From assembly GCA_963770895.1 (NCBI GenBank), contig CAVYRF010000001.1, positions 256,001 through 320,000 of the forward strand: 64,000 bases of DNA, given 5' to 3'. The notes beneath the pieces were generated by a model that was not told the origin of the DNA, did not search any database, and was given only the letters and a program-made list of their open reading frames with translations. Source of the stretch: an uncultured Acidobacteriota bacterium. GTDB lineage: Bacteria; Acidobacteriota; Thermoanaerobaculia; Multivoradales; UBA5704. Below are positions 13,112-21,745 of this stretch, piece after piece. How positions within the stretch are numbered: position 1 is the first letter of the stretch; each line of letters opens with the position of its first letter. Made by a program: the position numbers and the translations under genes.

Positions 13112-14187
13112 ACCAGCTGCTGTCGCTCGCCGACCTGACCGCCGCCCAGGTGCGCGAGCTGGTCGAGCTGGCCGGCCGCCTGGAGCGGCGGCCGCAGCCG
13201 CAGGCGCTGGCGGGCAAGGTGCTGGGCCTGCTGTTTTTCAACCCGTCGCTGCGCACCCTGGCGTCGTTTCAGGCCGGCATGTCGCGCCTGGGCGGCAGCA
13301 GCTTCGTCATCTCGCCCGGCCAGGGCAGCTGGCAGCTCGAAACGCGCACCGGGGTGGTGATGGACGGCGCCGCCGCCGAGCACGTGCGCGAGGCGATCCC
13401 GGTGTTGGCCGGCTACGCCGACGCGTTGGGCATCCGCGCCTTTGCCGGCGGCGAGGACCTGGCGGCGGACCTGGCCGACCAGCAGTTCAGCGCCATGGCC
13501 GCCCTCTGCCCGGTGCCGCTGATCAACCTGGAATCGGCCATCGACCATCCCTGCCAGGCGCTCGGCGATTGGAAGACCCTCGACGAGCTGGGGGTGCCGG
13601 CGGCCCCCGCCGGGCGCGGCCGGCTGGTGCTCAGCTGGGCCTGGCATCCGAAGCCGCTGCCGCTCGCCGTGCCCGCCGCCGTGGTCCACATGGCGGCGCA
13701 TCGCGGCATGGACGTGACGGTGCTGCGGCCGGCCGGCTTCGAGCTGCCCGAGCCGGTCATGGCGCGCGCGCACGCCGCCGCCGCGGCGTCCGGCGGCAGC
13801 GTGCGGCAGACCGCCGACCGCCAGGAAGCGATGGCCGGGGCGCACGTGATCTACGCCAAGTCGTGGGGGTCGCCGCGGCATTACGGCGCCGCGGCGGCCG
13901 CGGCCGAGGCCGAGCTGCGCGCCGGTCTGCGCGACTGGTGCGTCGACGAAAGCTGGTTCGCCGGCGCCGATCCCGGCTGCCGGTTCATGCACTGCCTGCC
14001 GGTGCGGCGCGGTGCGGTGGTGGCCGACCAGGTACTGGACGGCCCGCGCAGCGTCGTCGTCCGCCAGGCCCACAACCGCATGTGGGCGCAGATGGCGGTG
14101 CTGCACCGCCTGCTGCGCGCGGTGGGCGGCGACCGCCGGGCGGTCGGTTTTGGCGCCGCCGTCGCGGCCGCGGAGGAGGGGCGATGA
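13108..14187 (+). CDS. argF: N-acylornithine carbamoyltransferase (ArgF', AOTCase/SOTCase type)
   Basis: TTG start overlapping argD stop; FFNPSLRT (not STRT), GVVMDG..EH insert, HPCQAL, WAWHPKPLP, HCLPVRR. Confidence 0.92.
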   Translation: MNQLLSLADLTAAQVRELVELAGRLERRPQPQALAGKVLGLLFFNPSLRTLASFQAGMSRLGGSSFVISPGQGSWQLETRTGVVMDGAAAEHVREAIPVLAGYADALGIRAFAGGEDLAADLADQQFSAMAALCPVPLINLESAIDHPCQALGDWKTLDELGVPAAPAGRGRLVLSWAWHPKPLPLAVPAAVVHMAAHRGMDVTVLRPAGFELPEPVMARAHAAAAASGGSVRQTADRQEAMAGAHVIYAKSWGSPRHYGAAAAAAEAELRAGLRDWCVDESWFAGADPGCRFMHCLPVRRGAVVADQVLDGPRSVVVRQAHNRMWAQMAVLHRLLRAVGGDRRAVGFGAAVAAAEEGR

Positions 14188-15176
14188 AGGACGTCGGGCA
14201 GCAGAGCGCGACCGTCGCGGCGTTGCGGCAGGCGATGCCGTACATCCGCATGTTCAAGGGCAAGACCTTCGTGCTCAAGATCGGCGGCACCGCCTTGGGC
14301 GACGCCGCCGCGGCGCTGGCGGTGATCGAGCAGGTCCAGGTGCTCCATCACGTCGGCATCCGCGTCGCCGTGGTGCACGGCGGCGGCCCGCAGTCGACCT
14401 CGCTGTCGCGCGCCCTGGGGGCCGAGCCGGTGTTCGTCGCCGGCCGCCGGGTCACCGACGACGGCGCGCTGGAGGTGGCGATCCTGACCCTCAACGGCGC
14501 GGTGAACACGCGCCTGCTGGCTGCCTGCCGCGCCGTGGCGCTGCCGGCGGTGGGCATCTCGGGCGTCGCGGCCGGTCTCATCCAGGCGCGCCGGCGGCCG
14601 CCGGCGGCGGCTCCGGGCGACGCCGCGGGCGGCGCCGCGGTCGATTGGGGTCACGTCGGCGACATCGTGAAGGTCGATCCGACGGTCGTCCAGACGCTGT
14701 TTGCCGCCGGCCTGGTGCCGGTGATCAGCCCGCTTGCCGCCGACGACAGCGGCGCCCTGCTCAACGTCAACGCCGACACCGCGGCCGCCGCCCTGGCGGT
14801 GGCGCTGGGGGCGGAAAAGCTGCTGCTGCTGACCGGCGCTCCGGGCATCCTGGAGCGTCAGGGCGATCCCGGATCGCTGGTGTCGCTGACCGACCTGGCC
14901 GGGCTTGCCGATCTGCGCCGGCGGGGGTGCCTGTCCGACGGCATGCTGCCCAAGGCGAGCAGCATCGAAGCGGCGCTGCGCGGCGGCGTCGGCCGCGTCC
15001 AGATCTTGGGCGCCGACCTGGCCGACGGGCTGCTGGCCGAGGTCTTCACCAACGAAGGGGTGGGGACCATGGTGGTCGCGGACGCCAGGGCGTCGGCGTT
15101 GCCCGGCGCCGCGCTTGCCGGGGCCGGCGCGCTCGCCGCTCCAGCCGCGCCGCCGCCGCAGGGAGCCGGGTCATGA
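14184..15176 (+). CDS. argB: N-acylglutamate kinase (kinase domain only, no fused GNAT)
   Basis: VLKIGG, VHGGGPQ, GRRVTD, LNVNAD, GMLPK, EVFTNEGVGT. Confidence 0.93.
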   Translation: MKDVGQQSATVAALRQAMPYIRMFKGKTFVLKIGGTALGDAAAALAVIEQVQVLHHVGIRVAVVHGGGPQSTSLSRALGAEPVFVAGRRVTDDGALEVAILTLNGAVNTRLLAACRAVALPAVGISGVAAGLIQARRRPPAAAPGDAAGGAAVDWGHVGDIVKVDPTVVQTLFAAGLVPVISPLAADDSGALLNVNADTAAAALAVALGAEKLLLLTGAPGILERQGDPGSLVSLTDLAGLADLRRRGCLSDGMLPKASSIEAALRGGVGRVQILGADLADGLLAEVFTNEGVGTMVVADARASALPGAALAGAGALAAPAAPPPQGAGS

Positions 15177-16417
15177 TGCTGTCCGAGCGCGAGCTGCTGG
15201 CGCTGCACCGGGCGATCACCACGATCCGCTCGGTGTCGGGAGAAGAGGCCGAGCTGGCCGACTTCCTGGCCGCCTGGTGGCAGCGCCGCGGCATCGCCGC
15301 GCAGCGCCTGGGCAACAGCCTGCTGCTGATCGCACCGCCCGCCCCGGCGGCGGCGCCGGCAGGGGCCGCCGCCGGCACTGCCGCCGGCGGCGCGCCCAAG
15401 CCCCTGCTGCTGCTCGACAGCCACTTGGACACCGTGCCGCCGGGAGCGGGATGGACGCGCGATCCCTGGGACACCAGCCCGTCCGGCGGCGGTCTGCTCC
15501 ACGGCCTGGGAGCGAACGACGCCAAGGGGGCGGTGGTGGGGATGATCGCGGCGTTTGCGGCCTTCGCCCAGGTGGATCTGCCCTTCACCCTGGCGCTGGC
15601 CCTGGTGGAGGGGGAGGAGACGCGCGGCACCGGCACCCAGGAGGTGCTCGCCGAGCTGGCGCGCCAGGGGCGGACGCCGGCGGCGGCGGTGGTCGGCGAG
15701 CCCACCGGCCTGGACCTGGCGATCGCCCAGAAAGGCCTGCTGGTCCTGGAGCTGGCGGCGGCGGGCACGGCCTGCCACGCGGCGCACGCGCACGCCCTGG
15801 GCGCCGCCAACGCGGCGCGGCGGCTGGCGCACGACCTGGTGGCGCTCGAAGCGGTGGACCTGGGGCCGGCCCATCCGCACCTGGGCATGACGACGCTGGA
15901 ACCCACGGTGGTGCGCGCCGGCTCGGCCCGCAACGCCGTGCCCGGCGAGGCGACGGCCATCCTGGACGTGCGCACCACCCCCGCGCTGCCGCCGGCGGCG
16001 GTGGTCGAGCGCATCCGCGCCGCCGTCGCGGGTCAGGTGCGGGTGCTGTCGGAACGCCTGGTGCCGTGCGAGACGCCGGCGACGGCGGCGATCGTCGAAG
16101 CGGCGCGGCGAGTGCGCCCGGCGGCGCGCCTCTACGGTTCGGCAACCCTTTCGGACATGGTGTTCATGCAGGGCATACCGGCCATCAAGTGTGGACCCGG
16201 CGCCAGCGAGCGCTCGCACACCGCCGACGAATTCATCACCGAAGCCGAGGTGGTGGCGGGAGCGCGCTTCTACACGCGGCTGGTAGGCAGCTTCGCCGAA
16301 GTCCTCACCGGCCCCCAGGCCGCCGCCCTGACCGCGATCGCCGGCGGCGGGGTCGCCGCGCTGCACACCGCGGCGGCCCAGGGCGCGGCGGGCGTCCCCG
16401 GCGGCGGCGCGCGGTAG
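15173..16417 (+). CDS. argE: M20 family deacylase (acetylornithine/acylcitrulline deacylase)
   Basis: DSHLDTV, GLGANDAKG, GEE, VGEPT, SHTADE. Confidence 0.88.
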   Translation: MMLSERELLALHRAITTIRSVSGEEAELADFLAAWWQRRGIAAQRLGNSLLLIAPPAPAAAPAGAAAGTAAGGAPKPLLLLDSHLDTVPPGAGWTRDPWDTSPSGGGLLHGLGANDAKGAVVGMIAAFAAFAQVDLPFTLALALVEGEETRGTGTQEVLAELARQGRTPAAAVVGEPTGLDLAIAQKGLLVLELAAAGTACHAAHAHALGAANAARRLAHDLVALEAVDLGPAHPHLGMTTLEPTVVRAGSARNAVPGEATAILDVRTTPALPPAAVVERIRAAVAGQVRVLSERLVPCETPATAAIVEAARRVRPAARLYGSATLSDMVFMQGIPAIKCGPGASERSHTADEFITEAEVVAGARFYTRLVGSFAEVLTGPQAAALTAIAGGGVAALHTAAAQGAAGVPGGGAR

Positions 16418-16421
16418 CGTC

Positions 16422-17642
16422 ATGGCGCGGCTGTGGGAGCGTCAGGGTGCGGCGCCGCTCGACCAGCGGGTGCTGCGCTTCACCGCCGGCGAGGACCATC
16501 GCCTGGACGCCAGGCTGGTGCCGTACGACGTGCGCGCCTCGATCGCGCATGCCGAAATGTTGGGCGACGGCGGCCTGCTGCCGCCCGCCGACGTCGCCGC
16601 CATCCGCGACGGCCTGACCGCGCTCGCCGCCGCCCACGCCGCCGGCGAGTGGCAGATCGACCTGGCCGACGAGGACGTGCACACCGCGCTGGAAAGCCGC
16701 CTGACCGCGCGCATCGGCGCCGCTGGCGGCCGCCTGCACCTGGGCCGCTCGCGCAACGACCAAGTGCTGGCGGCACTACGCCTGTACCTGAAAGACGAGG
16801 TGGCGGCGCTCGCCGCCGGCGCGCAGGCGGTCGCCGCCGCGCTCGACCTCCTGGCGGCCCGCGAGGCGGCCACGGCGTTGCCCGGTTACACCCACATGCA
16901 GCCCGCCATGCCGAGCTCGGCGGCGCTCTGGGCGCAGGGCTTCGCCGCCGAGCTGCGCGACGACGCCCTGGGGCTCGGCGGCTGCCTGCGCCGCATCGAC
17001 AAGAACCCGTTGGGCTCCGCCGCCGGCTACGGCGTGCCGCTGCTGCCGATCGATCGCGAAGCGACGCGCCGCCGCCTGGGCTTTGCCGCCGTGCACGAGC
17101 CGGTCACCGCGGTGCAGCTGTCGCGCGGCAAGGCGGAGGCGCAGGTGCTCTTCGAGGCCGCCCTGACGGTGCAGGACCTGGGCCGCCTGGCCGCCGACCT
17201 GGTGCTGTGGAACAGCCGCGAGTTTGGCTTTGTCAGCCTGCCCGAGGCGATGACCACCGGCTCCTCGATCATGCCGCAGAAGCGCAACCCCGACGTCTTC
17301 GAGCTGGTGCGCGGCGCCGCCGCCACGGCGCAAGCCTGCCTGCTGGAAGCCCTGGCGGTGACCGCCAAGCTCCCCTCGGGCTACCACCGCGACCTGCAGC
17401 TGCTCAAGGCGCCGCTCTTCCGCGGCATCGACCTGGCCCGCGCCACCCTGGACATCATGGCCGCCGCCCTGGAAGGCGTCCGCTTCCACCCCGAGCACAT
17501 CCACCTGCCGCAGGAAATCTACGCCGCCGAATCCGCCTATCGCCTGGTCCTGGACCAGGGCCTGCCCTTCCGCGAAGCCTACCGCCGGGTGGCCGAGCAG
17601 CTGAAGGCCGGCGCCGCCCCGGACGGGCCGCCCAAAAGCTGA
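16422..17642 (+). CDS. argH: Argininosuccinate lyase (short form)
   Basis: EDVH, GRSRNDQV, PGYTHMQ, TGSSIMPQKRNPDVFE, GYHRDLQ. Confidence 0.95.
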   Translation: MARLWERQGAAPLDQRVLRFTAGEDHRLDARLVPYDVRASIAHAEMLGDGGLLPPADVAAIRDGLTALAAAHAAGEWQIDLADEDVHTALESRLTARIGAAGGRLHLGRSRNDQVLAALRLYLKDEVAALAAGAQAVAAALDLLAAREAATALPGYTHMQPAMPSSAALWAQGFAAELRDDALGLGGCLRRIDKNPLGSAAGYGVPLLPIDREATRRRLGFAAVHEPVTAVQLSRGKAEAQVLFEAALTVQDLGRLAADLVLWNSREFGFVSLPEAMTTGSSIMPQKRNPDVFELVRGAAATAQACLLEALAVTAKLPSGYHRDLQLLKAPLFRGIDLARATLDIMAAALEGVRFHPEHIHLPQEIYAAESAYRLVLDQGLPFREAYRRVAEQLKAGAAPDGPPKS

Positions 17643-17667
17643 CCGGAAGGTGCCGAGGGGTGCCTCC

Positions 17668-18177
17668 CTATGGCGCGTTGTCTCCGTCGTCGGTCACCGC
17701 TCCGACGGCCGGGATTATCGAAGGGGGCGAAGGGGGCGAAGGGGGCGCCGCCTGCATCGCGGGCCGCCTGGCGTCGTAGGCGGCGCGCGCCGTGCTGACC
17801 GCCAGCCGGTTTTCGCGCGCCCAGCGCTCCAGGGCCTGGATGGGGTCGAGCAGGGTCGCGCCCATCGGGGTCAGCGCGTACTCCACCCGCGGCGGGATGG
17901 TCGAGAACTGGGTGCGGCTGACCAGCCCGTCGCGCTCCAGGCCGCGCAGGGTGGCGGTCAGCATGCGGTGGCTGATGCGGTCGATGCGCCGGCGCAGCTC
18001 GCTGAAGCGCAGCGTCCCCTGCTGGCTGAGGTGGAAGACCACCTGCACCGACCACTTGTCGCCGATGCGGTCCAGCACCTCCCGCACCGGGCAGACTTCT
18101 TTCAGCGCCGCTTTCAAGTTTGCGTCAATGGTTACCTGCGGTTTCCCGAGGCGCTCCAGAGTGCCTTGATTCCCCAT
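17668..18177 (-). CDS. HxlR-family transcriptional regulator
   Basis: CPVREVLDRIGDKW, RFSELRR, MLTATLRGLERDGLVSR, PPRVEYALT. Confidence 0.92.
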   Translation of the reverse strand: MGNQGTLERLGKPQVTIDANLKAALKEVCPVREVLDRIGDKWSVQVVFHLSQQGTLRFSELRRRIDRISHRMLTATLRGLERDGLVSRTQFSTIPPRVEYALTPMGATLLDPIQALERWARENRLAVSTARAAYDARRPAMQAAPPSPPSPPSIIPAVGAVTDDGDNAP

Positions 18178-18341
18178 GGGCCTACAGTAGCAGAGATCGC
18201 GCCTTGGGAACCGTCAGGTAACCACCGCCGCCGCCTTGGGCTCCAGCGGCGGCAATGCGGATAGACTCCGCTGCTGGCGCGCTGGCGGTCGTCGGCGGCG
18301 GAATGCGGCGGGGGCGCGGGCTCCTGCCAGGGGGGTGGTGT

Positions 18342-19292
18342 TTGCGGATCGTGGTGGCCTTGGGCGGCAATGCGCTGTTGCGCCGCGGCCAGGAGCTGAC
18401 GGCGGACAACCAGCGGCGCAACGTGCGGCTGGCGGCGGAGGCGCTGGCGCCGCTGGCGCGGGAGCACCAGCTGGTGATCTCGCACGGCAACGGGCCGCAG
18501 GTGGGCCTGCTGGCTTTGCAAAGCGCGTCGTATACGCCGGTGCAGTCGTATCCGCTGGACGTGCTGGGCGCCCAGACCGAGGGCATGATCGGCTACATGA
18601 TCGAGCAGGAGCTGGGCAACATCCTGCCGTTCGAGCAGCCCTTTGCCACCATCCTGTCGATGGTCGAAGTGGACCCGGCGGACCCGGCGTTCGCCAATCC
18701 CACCAAGCCGATCGGTCCGTTCTACGACGAGGCGGAGGCGCGCCGCCTGGCGGCCGAAAAGGGCTGGACGATGGCGGCCGACGGCGACCGCTTGCGGCGG
18801 GTGGTGGCGTCGCCGCTGCCGCTGCGCATCTTCCAGATCCGCCCGGTGCGCTGGCTGCTGGAGCGGGGTTGTATCGTCATCTGCGCCGGCGGCGGCGGCA
18901 TCCCGACGATGTACGGCGCGGACGGCAAGCTCCATGGGGTGGAAGCGGTGGTGGACAAGGACCGGGCGGGGGCGCTGCTGGCGCGCGAGCTGGAGGCCGA
19001 CCTGTTCGTCATGGCGACCGACGCTCCGGCGGTGTTCCTGGATTGGGGCGCTCCCGGCCAGCGCGCCATCCGCCGGGCGCGGCCGGCCGACCTGGCGCGG
19101 CACTCGTTTGCCGTCGGCTCGATGGGTCCCAAGGTCGAGGCGGCGGTCGACTTTGCCACCCGCACCGGTCGCCGCGCCGCGATCGGCACCCTGACCGCCC
19201 TGGTGGAGATCGTGGCCGGCACCGCCGGCACCCAGATCTCGACCGCCATGGACGGGATCGAAACCGATCCCGGCGAGCCTCTCGGCCGCTGA
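18342..19292 (+). CDS. arcC: Carbamate kinase
   Basis: TTG start; [52 protein letters not shown]. Confidence 0.95.
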   Translation: MRIVVALGGNALLRRGQELTADNQRRNVRLAAEALAPLAREHQLVISHGNGPQVGLLALQSASYTPVQSYPLDVLGAQTEGMIGYMIEQELGNILPFEQPFATILSMVEVDPADPAFANPTKPIGPFYDEAEARRLAAEKGWTMAADGDRLRRVVASPLPLRIFQIRPVRWLLERGCIVICAGGGGIPTMYGADGKLHGVEAVVDKDRAGALLARELEADLFVMATDAPAVFLDWGAPGQRAIRRARPADLARHSFAVGSMGPKVEAAVDFATRTGRRAAIGTLTALVEIVAGTAGTQISTAMDGIETDPGEPLGR

Positions 19293-20227
19293 TGCGCGCG
19301 AGCGGCAAGGTGCAGGTCGGCGACGACCGGTTGGAGCTCGACTGGATCGGCCCCGCGCCGGGGGCGGCGCCGACCCTGGTGTTTCTGCACGACGGCCTGG
19401 GGAGCGCCGGCACCTGGCGCGACGTGCCGGCGGCGCTCGCCGCGGCGACCGGCTGCGGCGCCCTGGTGTACAGCCGCGCCGGCTACGGCGGCTCGACGCC
19501 GCGGCCCGCGCCGTGGCCGGTGCGCTTCATGCACGACGAGGCGACCGTGACGCTGCCGCGCCTGCTGGCGGCCCTGGACGTGCGCGACGGCTTCCTGGTC
19601 GGCCACAGCGACGGCGCCTCGATCGCGCTGATCTACGCCGCGGACCGCGGCACCCGCGCCGCCGCCGCCGGCCCCGGACCTGGCCCCGGCCCCAACTCCG
19701 GCCCCGCCGGCGGGGGAGGCCGGGCCGGCGCCGCCGCCCAACCCTGGGAGTGGCGCCTGCGCGGCGTGATCCTGGAGGCGCCGCATGTGTTTGTCGAACC
19801 GGTCTGTGTGGATAGCATTGCCGCCATGGCCCACGGCTACCGGCGCGGCGACCTGGCCCAGCGCATGGCGCGCCGTCACGGCGCCAACGCCGACGCCTGC
19901 TTTGCCGCCTGGGTGGAGGTCTGGCTGCGGCCGGAGTTCCGTGCCTGGACGATCGAGGCGCTGCTGCCTTGGGTGAGCTGTCCGGTGCTGGCGATGCAGG
20001 GGGAGCAGGACGAATACGGCACCCTGGCGCAGCTGGCCGCCGTCGCCGCGCGCTGCGGCATCGTCGCGGTCGGGGCGGCCGGCGGCGCCGGCGCCAGCAG
20101 CGGCGCCGCTCCTGCCGCGGTGGCCCCCGAAACGCTGGTGCTGCCCGGCTGCGGCCACACGCCGCACCACCAGCAGCGGGATGCGGCGCTCGCCGCGATG
20201 GTCCGCTTCGTGGAGCGCTGGCTGTGA
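19292..20227 (+). CDS. Alpha/beta hydrolase
   Basis: FLHDGLG, GHSDG nucleophile, QGEQDEYG, GHTPH; GP-rich insertion. Confidence 0.9.
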   Translation: MRASGKVQVGDDRLELDWIGPAPGAAPTLVFLHDGLGSAGTWRDVPAALAAATGCGALVYSRAGYGGSTPRPAPWPVRFMHDEATVTLPRLLAALDVRDGFLVGHSDGASIALIYAADRGTRAAAAGPGPGPGPNSGPAGGGGRAGAAAQPWEWRLRGVILEAPHVFVEPVCVDSIAAMAHGYRRGDLAQRMARRHGANADACFAAWVEVWLRPEFRAWTIEALLPWVSCPVLAMQGEQDEYGTLAQLAAVAARCGIVAVGAAGGAGASSGAAPAAVAPETLVLPGCGHTPHHQQRDAALAAMVRFVERWL

Positions 20228-21168
20228 GCCCCCGCTACGAGACGGCGGTGGTGGGCGGCGGGCCGGCCGGCCTGACCGCGGGGCTGCACCTGGCCTGGCA
20301 CGGCCGCAAGGTGGTGGTGATCGACCGCACCACCGGGCCGCTCTATTTCACCCTGGAGCTGCTGCACAACGTGCCGGGGCTGCCGGCGATGAGCGGCGCC
20401 GAGATCCAGAAGCGCCTGCGCGCCCAGGCGAGCGCCATGGGGGCGGAGCTGGTGCGCGGCAACGTCGAGCGGATCGAGGGCGCCCAGGGCGACTTTCGCC
20501 TGCACGGCGCCGCCGGCGAGCTGTGGGAAGCGCAGACGCTGCTGCTCGCCACCGGAGTGGCGCGCCACCACCCGACGGTGGACGGCGATTTCACCCCCTG
20601 CCTGGCCTACGCCGGCAAGGGGACGTTGTTTTATTGCGCCGACTGCGAGGCTCCCGAGGTGCGCGGCAAGGACACCGTGGTGATCGGCACCGCGTCGGCG
20701 GCCGGCGCGGCCAGGCTGGCGCTCACCCTCACCCGCTACACCCCGCGCCTGCGGGTGCTGCTGACCGGCGACCCCGCGATGCCCGCGGAGAGCGCGCGCC
20801 AGCTGGCTGCCGCCGGCATCCCGGTGCTGACCGGCGCCATCCACCGGCTGATCGGCGAAAAGCGCGACCTGCGCGGGCTCGAGCTCATCGATGGTACGAT
20901 CCTGTCCGCCGAGGCGTTTTTCGTCTCCGCCCCCGCGCGGGGACGCACCGATCTCGCCCGCCAGCTGGGTGTATCGCTCAGCGAGGATGGCGAGCACCCC
21001 ATGCCCCGCTCGCAGCGCGGCGACACCAACGTGCCCGGCGTGTGGATCGCGGGCGACCTGCGTCCGCAGACGCAGCAGGTGGCCATCGCCATGGGCAGCG
21101 GCAGCATCGCGGCAGTGATGATCGATCAGCAGTTGCGGCGTGCCGGATCCGCGGCCGCCGCCCATTGA
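20224..21168 (+). CDS. Thioredoxin reductase-like FAD oxidoreductase
   Basis: VGGGPAG, LLATG, FYCADCE (CxxC), TNVPGVWIAGD. Confidence 0.88.
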   Translation: MSPRYETAVVGGGPAGLTAGLHLAWHGRKVVVIDRTTGPLYFTLELLHNVPGLPAMSGAEIQKRLRAQASAMGAELVRGNVERIEGAQGDFRLHGAAGELWEAQTLLLATGVARHHPTVDGDFTPCLAYAGKGTLFYCADCEAPEVRGKDTVVIGTASAAGAARLALTLTRYTPRLRVLLTGDPAMPAESARQLAAAGIPVLTGAIHRLIGEKRDLRGLELIDGTILSAEAFFVSAPARGRTDLARQLGVSLSEDGEHPMPRSQRGDTNVPGVWIAGDLRPQTQQVAIAMGSGSIAAVMIDQQLRRAGSAAAAH

Positions 21169-21175
21169 AACCAGG

Positions 21176-21203
21176 TGTAACCGGCTTGTCGCGGGCAGCG
21201 TCT
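21176..21203 (+). promoter_or_regulatory. Possible ECF-type promoter
   Basis: TGTAAC-N17-CGTC upstream of the lipoprotein gene. Confidence 0.35.
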
Positions 21204-21256
21204 AGTCGTAAAGTAAAAGCATAGGGTTCGCGCGCGCAACAGCCGAGGGGGATTGC

Positions 21257-21706
21257 ATGAAGCTCAAGTCGATGCTCAAGCAGGTGCCACTGGCGATAGC
21301 GCTGGCCGCGCTCGCCCTGACCATGGGCTGCCACGGCAGCAGCACACCGACGGCCGAGACGGAGTTTCAGATCCAGGTCACCGGCTCGATCGCCAACACC
21401 GCGCTGCAGGCCACGATCAATGAGGCGGAGCTGATCTTCGACGGCAGCGTCGCGATCGACCAGCCGTACGTCCCGGCGGTCGCGATCTCGACGCTGAGCG
21501 CCGCGGGGACGGCGTCCAACGGCTCCCACACGGTCACCTGGCAGCTCGTCAGCCAGACGACGACGACGCCCAACAAGTACACGGTTCCTGCGGCGACCAT
21601 CGTGATCTTCGACCTGGCGGGCACGCAGCTCAAGATCATTCAGATACCCAGCATGACCGCCTCGCTGGCGGCCGGCCAGGGCATCTCCTTCTCCTTCTCG
21701 CTGTAG
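21257..21706 (+). CDS. Hypothetical lipoprotein (beta-rich)
   Basis: GAGGGGG RBS; hydrophobic signal ending LTMGC, then SSTPT linker. Confidence 0.8.
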   Translation: MKLKSMLKQVPLAIALAALALTMGCHGSSTPTAETEFQIQVTGSIANTALQATINEAELIFDGSVAIDQPYVPAVAISTLSAAGTASNGSHTVTWQLVSQTTTTPNKYTVPAATIVIFDLAGTQLKIIQIPSMTASLAAGQGISFSFSL

Positions 21707-21745
21707 GGGAAGGGGAAGCCGCGCCCGCCGGCTCGCGCTCGATTC

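Noticed and set aside
13108-14187. Canonical ornithine carbamoyltransferase
   Set aside because: SLRT instead of STRT, no SMG loop, and presence of the HPKPLP and VMDG..EH inserts typical of N-acylornithine enzymes
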